From an uncultured Spirochaetota bacterium (GTDB taxonomy: Bacteria; Spirochaetota; Spirochaetia; SZUA-6; Fen-1364), in assembly GCA_963781885.1 (NCBI GenBank), contig CAWAHW010000004.1, positions 288,001-352,000 on the forward strand: a stretch of DNA of 64,000 nucleotides. Direction: 5' to 3'. Made by a program: the position numbers and the translations under genes. The notes beneath the pieces are model-generated. The model was given only the letters and a program-made list of their open reading frames with translations, had not been told where the DNA came from and made no database searches. Below are positions 48,811-58,970 of this stretch, piece by piece. Every line of letters begins with the position of its first letter. The first letter of the stretch is position 1.

Positions 48811-49052
48811 CTCATTCCTCCTGAGCTGGCACAAATATGCCCCCAGACCCCCCTGTGCGGGCGAGTGCTGAAAGTAATGGAAAGGTCACGATGACAGGGG
48901 AACAGTCGCACGGCCCTTCTGTTCCAATTGGGAACAGATAGTGGAACGGCGATACACCATGCTTTACTGACGAACAGAGCAGTGTTGCGAAATTCGGTCA
49001 AAATCCCCGCATTTTTGCGCCGGAAAGCCGCTTTTTGGCACCTGATGCCTCT

Positions 49053-49067
49053 TGGCACGGATAATGA
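49053..49067 (+). promoter_or_regulatory. Possible sigma-54 promoter (variant -12) of the soluble chemoreceptor
   Basis: TGGCACGGATAATGA, a perfect -24 with GA instead of GC at -12. Confidence 0.4.
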
Positions 49068-49103
49068 TTCCTTATCAGATAAGTCAGGTATAAGGAGGTG
49101 CTG

Positions 49104-50559
49104 ATGATGAGCAGCGCTGCGAGACTCGAAAGGGCGTTGGTCCGCGTCACCGGGGGAGACCTCGACTCGGCGGAAGTCGATCTCAAGGCTACCCGCGGCC
49201 ATTCGTTTGAGGGATTGCGGGGGCTCATTGTACGGCTCCGCGGCCAGCGCGAAAAGGTAAGCGCGTTCGTGCGCCAGGTCTTTTCCCTGGGCACGCAGGT
49301 GAGCGCCTTCGACCTGCGCCTGCGGGCGGCGAGCGAAGAGATGAGCAGGACCTCCGGGGAGCTTGCGTCCCGGACCGCCTCAATCAACACATCCATGGGA
49401 GAGACGAGCGGCGCAATCAATGAAATCGCCTCATCCAACAATGACCTTGCGGCCGCGCTCAACAACATCTCCGCGGAATCCCGCACCCTGAGTGAAAACA
49501 CGCGCAAGAGCCAGTCCGGTCTGGAGGCGGCCATCGTCGACAACGCCCGGCTCCAGGACGTCTCCCGTTCGATGCAGGCGGATTTTGACGACCTTGCGCG
49601 CGTCCTCGACGGGGTCGGGAGCGTCGTGGACGGCATCGTCGACATTTCCGACCAGACCAACATGCTTGCCCTCAACGCATCGATCGAAGCGGCGCGTGCG
49701 GGTGATGCGGGCCGCGGCTTCTCCGTCGTCGCCGACCAGATCAGGAGACTGTCCGAGACGACGCGGAACCAGGTGCAGACGATCACAAAATCGCTCGACC
49801 AGCTCCGTGCCGCGGCGGCAAAAAGCTCCGCGAGCGCGCGGGAGACGGTCGAGTCGGCCCAAGGCATCAATAAGGTCCTCGAATCCGTCACGACGGCGTT
49901 CTGCAGAGAATGCAAACGCGATCGACCGGATCGCCGACGACCTCGCGACCATCTCCGCGCGCAACGAGGAGCTGAGCGCCGCTCTGGAGGAAATGACGGC
50001 CACCGTGACGACGATCTTCCACGAGACGAAGGGCCTGGACGAGCTGGGGCGCTCCACGAGCGTGGAGAGCGCCGTCATCCAGGACATCGCCGGCTCGATG
50101 CAGAAGATCGAGGATGACGCCGCCGCGCTCGCCGGCCAGGGCGGAGAGGTCGCGGCGGACCGCATCTTCCACCTGTCCAACGACGACCTGATCGCCGCGG
50201 TCGACGCTGCCGTCACGGCGCACGGGAAATGGATGGCCGATCTGCGCTCCATCGTCGAGACCATGCAGGTGAAACCCCTCCAGCTCGACGATCGCCGCTG
50301 CGGCTTCGGGCACTTCTATCATTCGGTGAAGCCCACCGCCCCGGAAGCGGAAGAGATCTGGCTGAAGGTCGGGGTGCATCATCACGCCCTCCACCAGAAG
50401 GGGGGAACAGTCATCCAGCGCGTGAAAACGGGGGACAGGACCGGGGCAGCGGCGTCCCTGCACGAAGCGGACAGCCTGTCGAAATCAATCATCGCCGCGC
50501 TCCAGGAGCTGAAGAGCCTTTCGCAGGAGATGAAGGAGAGGAATCAGAGCGTCCTGTGA
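49104..50559 (+). CDS. Soluble methyl-accepting chemoreceptor with a C-terminal CZB zinc-binding domain; frameshift near 49900
   Basis: [17 protein letters not shown]; no TM helix; AHGKW...CGFGHFY...HHALH CZB ligands in ORF 49492-50559. Confidence 0.88.
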
Positions 50560-50565
50560 CGCCTT

Positions 50566-51441
50566 CTATCTGAAGACCGAGAAATAGCGGTCGAAGAAGA
50601 GCTCAGGGTTGACGCCGAATGCCACCTCGTGCCTGCCCGCGGCATCGGGAGTCCACAACGTGGCGCCGGCAAGACGGGAGCTGGCAAGCTCCACCTCGAC
50701 CGTGCCTTTCTCATACGTGCAGACGGGCTCAAAGAGGGAGACTGCTGCAAGCGGATCGTGGAAGATGATGGCGCCGTCATGCCGTGTCCCGTACCGCCAG
50801 AAGTCCAGCACCGGCCGCAGGAGCGGGCCCTGAAACCTTTGCCTCACCGCGGCCGCGTCGAGGGTGACTCTGGTGGTGACGTCCAGCCCGATGCTCCGGT
50901 GCACGGCCACGGCGTGGCGGTACACGATCGCGGTGGCGGGGGGATCCAGAAGCGCGTTCCATTCCCGCGGTCCGAAACCGACGGCCCGATTGGAAAAGAC
51001 GCCGCACATCATGACGAGCGCCTTCAGGAGACCGGGGATGGAAGGGTCGAGCGAAAAGAGCAGCGCGACGTTCGTGAGGGGCCCGATGGTGAGGAGGACC
51101 ACTTCACCGGGATGCGCGTGGATCGTGTCGCGAAGGAAGCCCACGGCGCGGCCTTCCGGGAATGTCTCGTCGTGCGGCCAGTTGGCAAGCGCCGCCGCCT
51201 GGGGTGCGTGCGTCTGCTTCTGCGCGGCAAGGAGCGGCAGCTCCGCGCCCGGAAAAATCGGCACGTCCTTTCCGGCCGCGCGGCAGAGCACGCTTGCAAG
51301 ACGCGCCCGCTGGGTCGCTTCGCCGCTCACCGTGGTGATGCCAAGAAGCTCGCAATCGGGATGGGCCAGGAGCCACGCCAGTGCAACGGCATCATCGATG
51401 TCGCTGCCGATGTCGGTGTCAAGGAGAACCTTCACGCTCAT
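50566..51441 (-). CDS. Nucleoside hydrolase (IU-NH family)
   Basis: [24 protein letters not shown]...DP, FHDPLA. Confidence 0.92.
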   Translation of the reverse strand: MSVKVLLDTDIGSDIDDAVALAWLLAHPDCELLGITTVSGEATQRARLASVLCRAAGKDVPIFPGAELPLLAAQKQTHAPQAAALANWPHDETFPEGRAVGFLRDTIHAHPGEVVLLTIGPLTNVALLFSLDPSIPGLLKALVMMCGVFSNRAVGFGPREWNALLDPPATAIVYRHAVAVHRSIGLDVTTRVTLDAAAVRQRFQGPLLRPVLDFWRYGTRHDGAIIFHDPLAAVSLFEPVCTYEKGTVEVELASSRLAGATLWTPDAAGRHEVAFGVNPELFFDRYFSVFR

Positions 51442-51498
51442 GCTGACGGTAAGAGCATAGCAGAGGTCCGCGGCGGGACGGAAGGGGCACGGCGCAGG

Positions 51499-53076
51499 CT
51501 AATCCGGGGCTTCCGTGCACTCCAGGAAATCGAAATCCGCGTGGGTTCCGGCACCCGAGAGGTCCTGGCAGCAGAGCGCGAAAAAGGTGCCGGTGAAGCC
51601 GCAGGGACGCACGTGCTCGTCGGCAAGGATGGAAGCATCCATCTCCCATCCAACGCGGGTCCACTGCTTCCCGTCCCGCGAATAGCGGAAGGAGATGCGG
51701 TCGTGATCGACGTCGATCCCGAGAAACACCCGGGTCCATCCCACCACGGGGATCTCTTTTTCCACCGGGTACGAAATAACGCCGCGTTCGCAGCGCATGA
51801 TGCTCACGCACTTTGCCGCGTGCTCCGCGCGGGAGAGGTAGAGGTAGTAGAAGGCGTCGGTGTTGTAGAAGGCCGCGAGCCCCGCAAGCTGCAGGAATGA
51901 GCGCGGCTCGAACTCGACGCATGTCGTTGCCGATGAGCGGAAAGAGGTGAGGCGCCGCGCCACGAGGGACTGGCGGAAATGGGAGAGGATGCTTTCGCGC
52001 CCTTTCAGCCGCAGGTACCCCGGGCGCTCTTCCAGGCTCATGAGCGACGCATCCAGCGGCACGCGCAGCGAGTGGTAATGCGACCCGAGCACCGGAGACT
52101 GGAAGTCGTCACGCGCGGGCTCGGCGGCCCACGGCGCGACGGGCAGATCCGGAGCCTCCAGCGTCTCCCGTGGCGCTCTGTCGCCGTGCGCCAGGCGCGG
52201 CCATCCCTCCGGGGTCCACTCCACACGCTGGAGACACGTCTCCCGTCCCAGGAGGGACCGGCCGCGCGCGCCCTGCCGCCGGGCCAGGTGCGCGAGGTAC
52301 CACTCCCCTGCCTTTGTTTCCACCAAGCTCCCGTGCCCCGCGGACTGCAGCGTCAGGGACGGATCGTTCGCCGAGGTGAGCATGGGATTGCCCGGCATCG
52401 GCTCATAAGGCCCCTGGAGCATGGACGAGCGCGCCACGGTCACTGCATGCGTGGCGAACGTGCCGCCTTCCGCCGTGAGCAGGTAGTAGTAGCCCTCCCG
52501 GCGGTAGAGGTGGGGACCCTCCACCAACCCCAGGGCGGTCCCCGGGAAGATGGGGGTGGATTCACCGATCAGACAGCCCTTTTTCGCGCAGTACTCTTGC
52601 AGGAAAATGCCGCCGAAGTTGTTGTGACCCGGGCGATAATCCCAGAGCATGTTCAGGAGCCACTTCCTGCCGTCCCGATCGTGGAAGAGCGACGCATCGA
52701 ATCCGACGCTGTTGAGGTAGAGGGGCGCCGACCACGGGCCTTCCAACGCCGGGGCCGTGGTGAGCCAGTTGTGGCAGTCCTTGACCTGCCCGTCCCATCG
52801 CTTCACGTCCGAGTAGACCAGATAGAAAAGGCCGTCGCTCCAGCTGAGGCAAGGGGCCCATACGCCCCCGGAGTCGGGATCGCCGCGCATATCCAGCAGG
52901 TCCAGCCTGTCCAAGGGACGCGCCGCGAGGTGCCAGTGCGCGAGGTCCCGCGAATGGTGGATGCAAACGCCCGGAAACCATTCGAACGTGGATGTGGCGA
53001 TAAAGAAGTCGTCCTCCACGCGTATGATGGATGGATCGGGGTTGAAGCCCCGCAGCACCGGGTTGTGTATCGTCAT
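51499..53076 (-). CDS. GH43 beta-xylosidase/arabinofuranosidase
   Basis: NPVLRGFNPDPSI, STFEWFPG, GVWAP, EGPH, AEGGT, GHGSLV; C-terminal beta-sandwich (GFTG). Confidence 0.93.
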   Translation of the reverse strand: MTIHNPVLRGFNPDPSIIRVEDDFFIATSTFEWFPGVCIHHSRDLAHWHLAARPLDRLDLLDMRGDPDSGGVWAPCLSWSDGLFYLVYSDVKRWDGQVKDCHNWLTTAPALEGPWSAPLYLNSVGFDASLFHDRDGRKWLLNMLWDYRPGHNNFGGIFLQEYCAKKGCLIGESTPIFPGTALGLVEGPHLYRREGYYYLLTAEGGTFATHAVTVARSSMLQGPYEPMPGNPMLTSANDPSLTLQSAGHGSLVETKAGEWYLAHLARRQGARGRSLLGRETCLQRVEWTPEGWPRLAHGDRAPRETLEAPDLPVAPWAAEPARDDFQSPVLGSHYHSLRVPLDASLMSLEERPGYLRLKGRESILSHFRQSLVARRLTSFRSSATTCVEFEPRSFLQLAGLAAFYNTDAFYYLYLSRAEHAAKCVSIMRCERGVISYPVEKEIPVVGWTRVFLGIDVDHDRISFRYSRDGKQWTRVGWEMDASILADEHVRPCGFTGTFFALCCQDLSGAGTHADFDFLECTEAPD

Positions 53077-53225
53077 CGATCACGTCGCTGCAATGTGTCG
53101 TTAGCCCCTCTCGAGTATTCACACGCACCGGACGCGGGCGCCGCGGCGGGCTTTCACACAGATTATCCCGGCCATTCCAAGGGCGGAATCGGACATTGAT
53201 CGAATTCGTCGATAGGTAGTATTGC

Positions 53226-54143
53226 CTATCCCTGAGGGGCAACCAGGAGGATGGAGTTTGCCGAGGGGTCGCGGGCGATCCAGCCTTTCTCCCCCTGCTC
53301 CAGCGGGGCTTCCGCTGCACGGAGCCGGGCCACGACGCGATCCAGCTCCCCCGCGTCGTGCAGGAGAACGGTGAAATGACGCATGCCCAGGGAGCCGTCC
53401 GGGGCAGGCGGCGCACCCTCGCCCATCCAGGCGTTCAGGCCGACGTGGTGATGGTACCCGCCGGCCGACACCATGCCCATCTGGAAGGCGGGCGCGAAAC
53501 CCATGTCGCCGAAACCGATGGCGCCGCAGTAAAACCTGATGGCTTCCGCCACGTTGCGGACATAGAGGTGGACGTGCCCGATGCGCGCCGCGGCCGGCAG
53601 CTCCTGGCGAAGGCTGTCGCCGGGCTCAAGCTCGCGGAAGAGGGCATCGAGGTCCAGGGGGTCCCTCCCGTCGCTCGGGCGTCCATCGCGCCGCCGCGCA
53701 AAAGGCAACCCTTCGGCAATTCCCATTTCGCCGTCTTCAGGAGACTCGGCGTACAGCTCGATCTCCTGTCCCTCGGGATCCTTCAGATAGGTAGTCTTGG
53801 TGATGACGTGATCGGTGGGATGGTTCACGTACTCGCGGGCAAAGAGGCGCGCCACTGCCCGCGCGAGCTCCCGCCGATTGGGAAGGAGGACGGCAAAGTG
53901 ATAGAGCCCCGTCGTGTGGGGCGCGCGCCGCGCGCCCGGCAGCTCGTGGAGCTGCAGGAGATCGTCCCGTCCCGCGCCCAGCCCCGCGCGCGCCCCCTCC
54001 CGCCAATGGAGGCGGAATCCAAGCAGGTCCGTGTAGAAGGCGATCTGGCGATCGAGATTCGCGACCGTGAGGGCCACCGTGCCCATAAGAGTGCCGGCAT
54101 GGAGGGAGGCACTCGGAGCTTCAGATACGCGTCTTGCTTCCAT
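53226..54143 (-). CDS. VOC-family protein (CatE-like catechol 2,3-dioxygenase)
   Basis: GLYHFAVLLP, DH...YLKDPEG.EIELY, IGHVHL, GGYHHHVGLNAW. Confidence 0.88.
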   Translation of the reverse strand: MEARRVSEAPSASLHAGTLMGTVALTVANLDRQIAFYTDLLGFRLHWREGARAGLGAGRDDLLQLHELPGARRAPHTTGLYHFAVLLPNRRELARAVARLFAREYVNHPTDHVITKTTYLKDPEGQEIELYAESPEDGEMGIAEGLPFARRRDGRPSDGRDPLDLDALFRELEPGDSLRQELPAAARIGHVHLYVRNVAEAIRFYCGAIGFGDMGFAPAFQMGMVSAGGYHHHVGLNAWMGEGAPPAPDGSLGMRHFTVLLHDAGELDRVVARLRAAEAPLEQGEKGWIARDPSANSILLVAPQG

Positions 54144-54264
54144 TTGTAGGCGAAAATATACGAAGAACCCGCGGGGGCGGACAAACCCAGCCTGACCGGC
54201 AGGGGCAGCGCCGCGCCGCAAGATCAAATGGCGCCCGACGGCTGCTCCTGCCGCGCGCGGCCCA

Positions 54265-55146
54265 TCACGCCAGCCAGCGAACCGCTTCCTCGCGGAGCGC
54301 GGGCGCCATTGGCAGGGGGACATCGACCCCATTGGCCGAGACGACCAGGCTGTCGTCCTCGATGCGGACACCCGCGACGCGCGCGCGGGACACGATGAAT
54401 GAATCCTCTCCAAAGGTGCCCGGCGCTTTGGGCGGGTCCCGCATGTAGACGAGCTCGTGCGGATTCAGCACAAGGAGCTGGCCGCGCAGCGCCGCTTGTC
54501 GCCGCATGCCCGGCACGGTGACAAACCGGCACGTCGCCGATGAGCCCTCGGCGAGCCTGGCCCGGACGCTGTGCGACAGGAGGTCCCACTTGAAGGGAAG
54601 CGGCGGCATGCCGGGGGCATCCCGCGGCACCTGCCGGGCAGGACCTGCCAGTCTTTTTCGCAGCTCGAAGAGGGCGGGATCGAGTCTCTCCCTGACGACC
54701 GTGTTGTAGCGGATGCTCAACCTATCCGTCGACGACAGGAAGCTGAGCCTTCCATACAGGAGGATCGTTACGTCTTCTATCGCGGCGAGATCCTCCATCC
54801 GCAGCAAGGCCCTGACGCCCGGTTCCGGTTTGTCGGTCCAGAGGCCCACCGCTTTCGACCCGATCACGAGGACACTGTCGGGAGTGATCACACGCTGGTT
54901 TCGGATGCCGGTCGGACGCACGGCCCACGGGATGAGGAAGACCTGGCCCAGCCGTGCGACGCCACAGGCGTCCCAGAGAGCGTCGCGGGCGCCCGACGGA
55001 ATCTCTTCGATGCCGTGGGGAACGGTGGGGTAGCTGCTTATGCCTTTGTAGAAAGAGCCGCCTTCCTTCTCCGTGTAGGGAATCTCCCACTTCTCAGCAG
55101 GGTCCTGCTGCAAGCGGTTGATGGAGCTTCCTGGTTTCTTCCTCAT
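54265..55146 (-). CDS. Hypothetical protein (possible tandem PH-like beta domains)
   Basis: 293-aa ORF filling the gap between genes on the same strand; no recognised catalytic motif. Confidence 0.65.
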   Translation of the reverse strand: MRKKPGSSINRLQQDPAEKWEIPYTEKEGGSFYKGISSYPTVPHGIEEIPSGARDALWDACGVARLGQVFLIPWAVRPTGIRNQRVITPDSVLVIGSKAVGLWTDKPEPGVRALLRMEDLAAIEDVTILLYGRLSFLSSTDRLSIRYNTVVRERLDPALFELRKRLAGPARQVPRDAPGMPPLPFKWDLLSHSVRARLAEGSSATCRFVTVPGMRRQAALRGQLLVLNPHELVYMRDPPKAPGTFGEDSFIVSRARVAGVRIEDDSLVVSANGVDVPLPMAPALREEAVRWLA

Positions 55147-55251
55147 ACACCCGGGATATACCCGCGAACGGGTGCCGTCAACTGTTCGCTTCCGAACGCG
55201 CGGCGCCGGCTGATGGCGGTCATCATGCGATCCCGACTGCCATAAAAGGGA

Positions 55252-57576
55252 TCACTCATAGCGCAGGACTTCCACCACCTTAACCGCCGCGGCGCGCCGT
55301 GCAGGGATGAAACCCCCAATGACGGCCAGCAGCAGCGCCGCGGGGTATGCCAGGACAAAATACCACCAGGGGGGAAGCGCCGCCATGCCGATGCCGGTCC
55401 CGCCGAGCTTGCCGAAATAATCGGACATCACGCCGGTGATCCACACCCCCACGGGAATCGCGATTGTGACGGCCAGGAGCGCGAGCGGGGTCACACCCGC
55501 GATCACGCTTGCGACGACCTGTCCGGGCGTCAGGCCGATGGTTTTGAAAACGCCAAAGTCACGCCGCCGCTCGCGCACTCCCAGGAGCGTCGTGATCAGC
55601 AGGGAGACGACGCCGATGGCCACGAGGATCACGTTCAGCCCGTCGAGGACCGTCCACGTGCTCCCTCCCTGTGACAGCATGGCGTCCCGATCGATGACCG
55701 TTGTCCTGAACTGGTCGTTCGAAAGACGCGTGAGGGTGTCTGCCAGGGCTTTCGCGTCGACGCCGTCTGCAAGCTTGAGATAGTAGTTCGCAGGCTGGGC
55801 CCCCGGGTCCACGCGATTCAGGGCTTCCTGGCTGAACACGGCAATGCGATCGTCGTCGCCGACGCCTATGTCGTAGTAGCAGCCCACGACGCGCAAGTCG
55901 AGAGGCAGGCCCTTCATCGTGAGGTGAAGCTCGTCCCCGAGGCGCAAGCCCAGCCGGTCCAGCAACGCCTGCGTGACCACTGCCTCGTCGCGACCGGCAA
56001 ACAGACGTCCGGCCGTGAGATGGACAAATTGCGCATACGCTCCTCCCAGGGCCAGCGACTGGAAGCTTGTTGCCTGTCCGGCCGCCTTTGTGCCGACACG
56101 CGCTTCAGAGTAGAAGGCATCGATCTCCGGCCGTTCTTCCAGCATCTTCTTCGTCGCGGTGGCCGGGGAAAAACCTCTCTGGACGATCATGTCGTATGGC
56201 GTGGCCCACGCGATGAGGTTCTTGATCGTGTACGTGCCGGCGACAGCGACGACCATGATGACCACCGTCAAGACAAGTGCCCCGATGGTCAGCCAGGCGC
56301 GCGCCGGGCGGGCAAAGGTATCCTTGAGGCCAAGGGTCATGAAGGGAGGCAGGCGCAACCGGGCAGCCAGTCGTCCAAGACCGGAGGCGCGATGATGCAC
56401 GCGTCCAAGCCCCGTGGTGATGGCCTGGACGGTGCTGATGCGCCCGCCCCGCCGGGCCGGAAGGAGCGTGAAGAGGGCCACGACGATCTCCACTCCCAGC
56501 AGGATCAGGAGGGACGACAAGGGATCGAAGGCGGGGGCGGCCGGGACGTTGAGCAGCTCGGCGACAGGCCGTAGAAAATACGGTGCGAGCGCCGCTCCCA
56601 GACCCAGACCGATCACCCCTGCCGCGAGACCCATTCCGAGGTACTCGAGCAGGAACAGAAACGCCACCTCCCCGGGTGTGGCTCCGACTGCCTTCAGCAG
56701 GCCGATTTCACGGTACTGGCTCAGCACGACGCCGCCGATCACGTTGGCGATGACGAAGCCGACCGCCACAAGGAGAAACACACCGACGAAAACCAGCCAG
56801 AGATTGAACGACTGGTTGGAGGCGTTGTTCAGCCACAGATACCGCGCCTGGCTCCAGTCATTCGTGTCGGCAATCGCTCCGGCAGGGAACAAGGCGTCGG
56901 CTCTCCTGGAAAAATCCGGGAGCGTCTTCGGATCCGCCAGACGGACCCCCAGCTTCGATTGCCAATACTGTCTGTCCGGCTCGAGTCGCGCGAGCGTGGA
57001 CGGCAGGACATAGCCCAGACCGGGCTGCACGCTGGGGAAGGGTCCCTGACCGGGGTTCACCGCAAGACCGACGACAAGAAGGCGGGATTTCCCGGTGGAA
57101 GTCAGGATGTCCACGGTGTCGCCGACCGCGATCTTCAAAGAGCCGGCCAGGCCGCGATCCAGCACGACGTCATTTTCTCCGCCGGCGGTCAGCCAGCTGC
57201 CGTCTGCAACGGAGGGACGGCCGACGCGCGGAAGCTCGGGCTGCATGCCGTACAGGCCAATGCTGTACTTATCGCTGCTTCGCATCAGGAATGGCCCTTC
57301 GACATAGGGAAGCGGGCCGACCGATCCCGTCACGCCCTCCAGCCGGGCGATGGGGGCAAGGTCCACGTTCGCGCCGCTGCTGGTAAACCACAGGTGCGCC
57401 CCATTGGTCTCGGCAAAGATACGCTCCCAGGGATTGCTCGTGGTGTCGCTTTTCAGGAGGTCCACGGACACCGTGAGGACGGCGGCGGCGAGCACCAGGA
57501 TGAGCATGATCAGGGCGGTCTGGAAAAGCCGGCTTCGCAGATCGGCCAACGCCTTGCGCAGGAGTGCGTGCATCAT
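55252..57576 (-). CDS. FtsX/MacB-like ABC permease (duplicated)
   Basis: REIGLLKAVG and ERRRDFGVFKTIG FtsX motifs; C-terminal EVLRYE. Confidence 0.9.
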   Translation of the reverse strand: MMHALLRKALADLRSRLFQTALIMLILVLAAAVLTVSVDLLKSDTTSNPWERIFAETNGAHLWFTSSGANVDLAPIARLEGVTGSVGPLPYVEGPFLMRSSDKYSIGLYGMQPELPRVGRPSVADGSWLTAGGENDVVLDRGLAGSLKIAVGDTVDILTSTGKSRLLVVGLAVNPGQGPFPSVQPGLGYVLPSTLARLEPDRQYWQSKLGVRLADPKTLPDFSRRADALFPAGAIADTNDWSQARYLWLNNASNQSFNLWLVFVGVFLLVAVGFVIANVIGGVVLSQYREIGLLKAVGATPGEVAFLFLLEYLGMGLAAGVIGLGLGAALAPYFLRPVAELLNVPAAPAFDPLSSLLILLGVEIVVALFTLLPARRGGRISTVQAITTGLGRVHHRASGLGRLAARLRLPPFMTLGLKDTFARPARAWLTIGALVLTVVIMVVAVAGTYTIKNLIAWATPYDMIVQRGFSPATATKKMLEERPEIDAFYSEARVGTKAAGQATSFQSLALGGAYAQFVHLTAGRLFAGRDEAVVTQALLDRLGLRLGDELHLTMKGLPLDLRVVGCYYDIGVGDDDRIAVFSQEALNRVDPGAQPANYYLKLADGVDAKALADTLTRLSNDQFRTTVIDRDAMLSQGGSTWTVLDGLNVILVAIGVVSLLITTLLGVRERRRDFGVFKTIGLTPGQVVASVIAGVTPLALLAVTIAIPVGVWITGVMSDYFGKLGGTGIGMAALPPWWYFVLAYPAALLLAVIGGFIPARRAAAVKVVEVLRYE

Positions 57577-57577
57577 G

Positions 57578-58315
57578 TCACGCCTCCAGCTGCACGAGCC
57601 GGGAGATCGTCGCCTGCGCGTCGCGACCTTTTTCAAGCCGGGTCTCATTCCTTATCTGGCCGTCCCGCATGGCGATCACCCGGTCGGCAATGCTCGCCAC
57701 GCGCGGATCGTGGGTCACGAGGAGCATGGTCTGGCCCCCGGCATTCATGCGCCGCAGCAGGGCGAGCACTTCAGCGGTGCTCCGGCTGTCCAGGTTGCCG
57801 GTCGGCTCGTCGGCAAGGAGGACGGCAGGCTGGTTGACCAGAGCCCGCGCAAGCGCGACACGCTGCTGCTGTCCGCCGGAGAGCTGGGCGGGAACGGCGC
57901 GGGCTTTCCCCGGAAGGCCCAATTCCGCCAGGAGCGCCTCCCGCCGGCGCCGGGCCTCCGCGGGGTGAATGCCGGCCATGAGTGCGGGAAGCTCGATATT
58001 GTCCGCGACGTCCAGGTTTCCAATGAGGTTGAAGAACTGGAACACGAATCCGATCTGCGTGCGGCGCAAGACGGCCCACGCCGCTTCGCTCAAGGCATCC
58101 ACGCGCCTGCCGTTCAGGTGTACTTCCCCCTCCGTCGGCCGATCCAGCCCGCCCAGGAGGTGCAGGAGGGTGGACTTGCCGCATCCGCTGGGCCCCATGA
58201 CGGCCACGAGCTCTCCCGCCGCCACCTGCATGTCCACGCCGTGGAGGGCCTGCACCGCCTCGCCGTTGCTGCGGTACGTCTTTCCAAGCGATCTCGTCTC
58301 CACCACCGTTTTCAT
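57578..58315 (-). CDS. ABC ATP-binding protein (LolD/MacB-like)
   Basis: GPSGCGKST, IGFVFQFFNL, LSGGQQQR, ADEPTGNLD; GGAGG RBS (alternative start at 58330). Confidence 0.93.
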   Translation of the reverse strand: MKTVVETRSLGKTYRSNGEAVQALHGVDMQVAAGELVAVMGPSGCGKSTLLHLLGGLDRPTEGEVHLNGRRVDALSEAAWAVLRRTQIGFVFQFFNLIGNLDVADNIELPALMAGIHPAEARRRREALLAELGLPGKARAVPAQLSGGQQQRVALARALVNQPAVLLADEPTGNLDSRSTAEVLALLRRMNAGGQTMLLVTHDPRVASIADRVIAMRDGQIRNETRLEKGRDAQATISRLVQLEA

Positions 58316-58326
58316 GACAACCTCCG

Positions 58327-58857
58327 TCATTTCCCCCCTCCCTTTTGCATCGCAAAGCGCTCCTCGCACGCGTCGAGCCATTTCAGATCGGCCTGCAGAT
58401 GAAGAATGGCGCCCTCCACGAGCAACGCCGCGGCCGGGTCTCCATCGGGTGACCGGTCGACAGCCAGGCCATCCAGGTCTTTGAGAGCCTGCAGGTATTC
58501 CCGGCGTTGACGCTCGATCAGGGCGTTGTGATCGGCGATACCGGAAAGACGGGCGAGCACCATTTTCATGAAAAACTCGTCTTTCAGCCGGGGCCCGACC
58601 GTCGACTCCTCGACCCACTCCTGCAGGTACTGTCGACCCTGCGGCGTCAGCTCGTAGACTCGCTTGTCGGGACGCCTCTCTTGAGGCACATCCTTGCTCT
58701 GCACGAAGCCATCGCGCTCCAGGCGCGCAAGCGTGGTGTAGATCTGGCCGAAATTGATCGAGGGCCAGCCCGGCCCGAAAGTGGTCTCCAGAGCCTGTTT
58801 CAGCTCGTAGCCGTGGGCGGGTTGCTTGGACAGCAGGGCCAGGAATGCTTGCCTCAT
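58327..58857 (-). CDS. PadR-family regulator
   Basis: HGYELK, GQIYTTLARLE, DKRVYELT, C-terminal helical domain. Confidence 0.93.
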   Translation of the reverse strand: MRQAFLALLSKQPAHGYELKQALETTFGPGWPSINFGQIYTTLARLERDGFVQSKDVPQERRPDKRVYELTPQGRQYLQEWVEESTVGPRLKDEFFMKMVLARLSGIADHNALIERQRREYLQALKDLDGLAVDRSPDGDPAAALLVEGAILHLQADLKWLDACEERFAMQKGGGK

Positions 58858-58898
58858 ATATACTTGATATGTATATCAAGTATATAATGATTTGTCAA
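58857..58898 (-). promoter_or_regulatory. PadR operator overlapping the promoter and touching the start codon
   Basis: TATATACTTGATAT-GT-ATATCAAGTATATA (perfect 14-bp arms, 58857-58886); TTGACA -35 at 58898-58893. Confidence 0.85.
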
Positions 58899-58970
58899 GC
58901 GATTTTCAGGCTTTTCAATCTGGCACGCCCATTGACGGGCGCGCCCGCCGCAACGCATTATTGCCCATTC

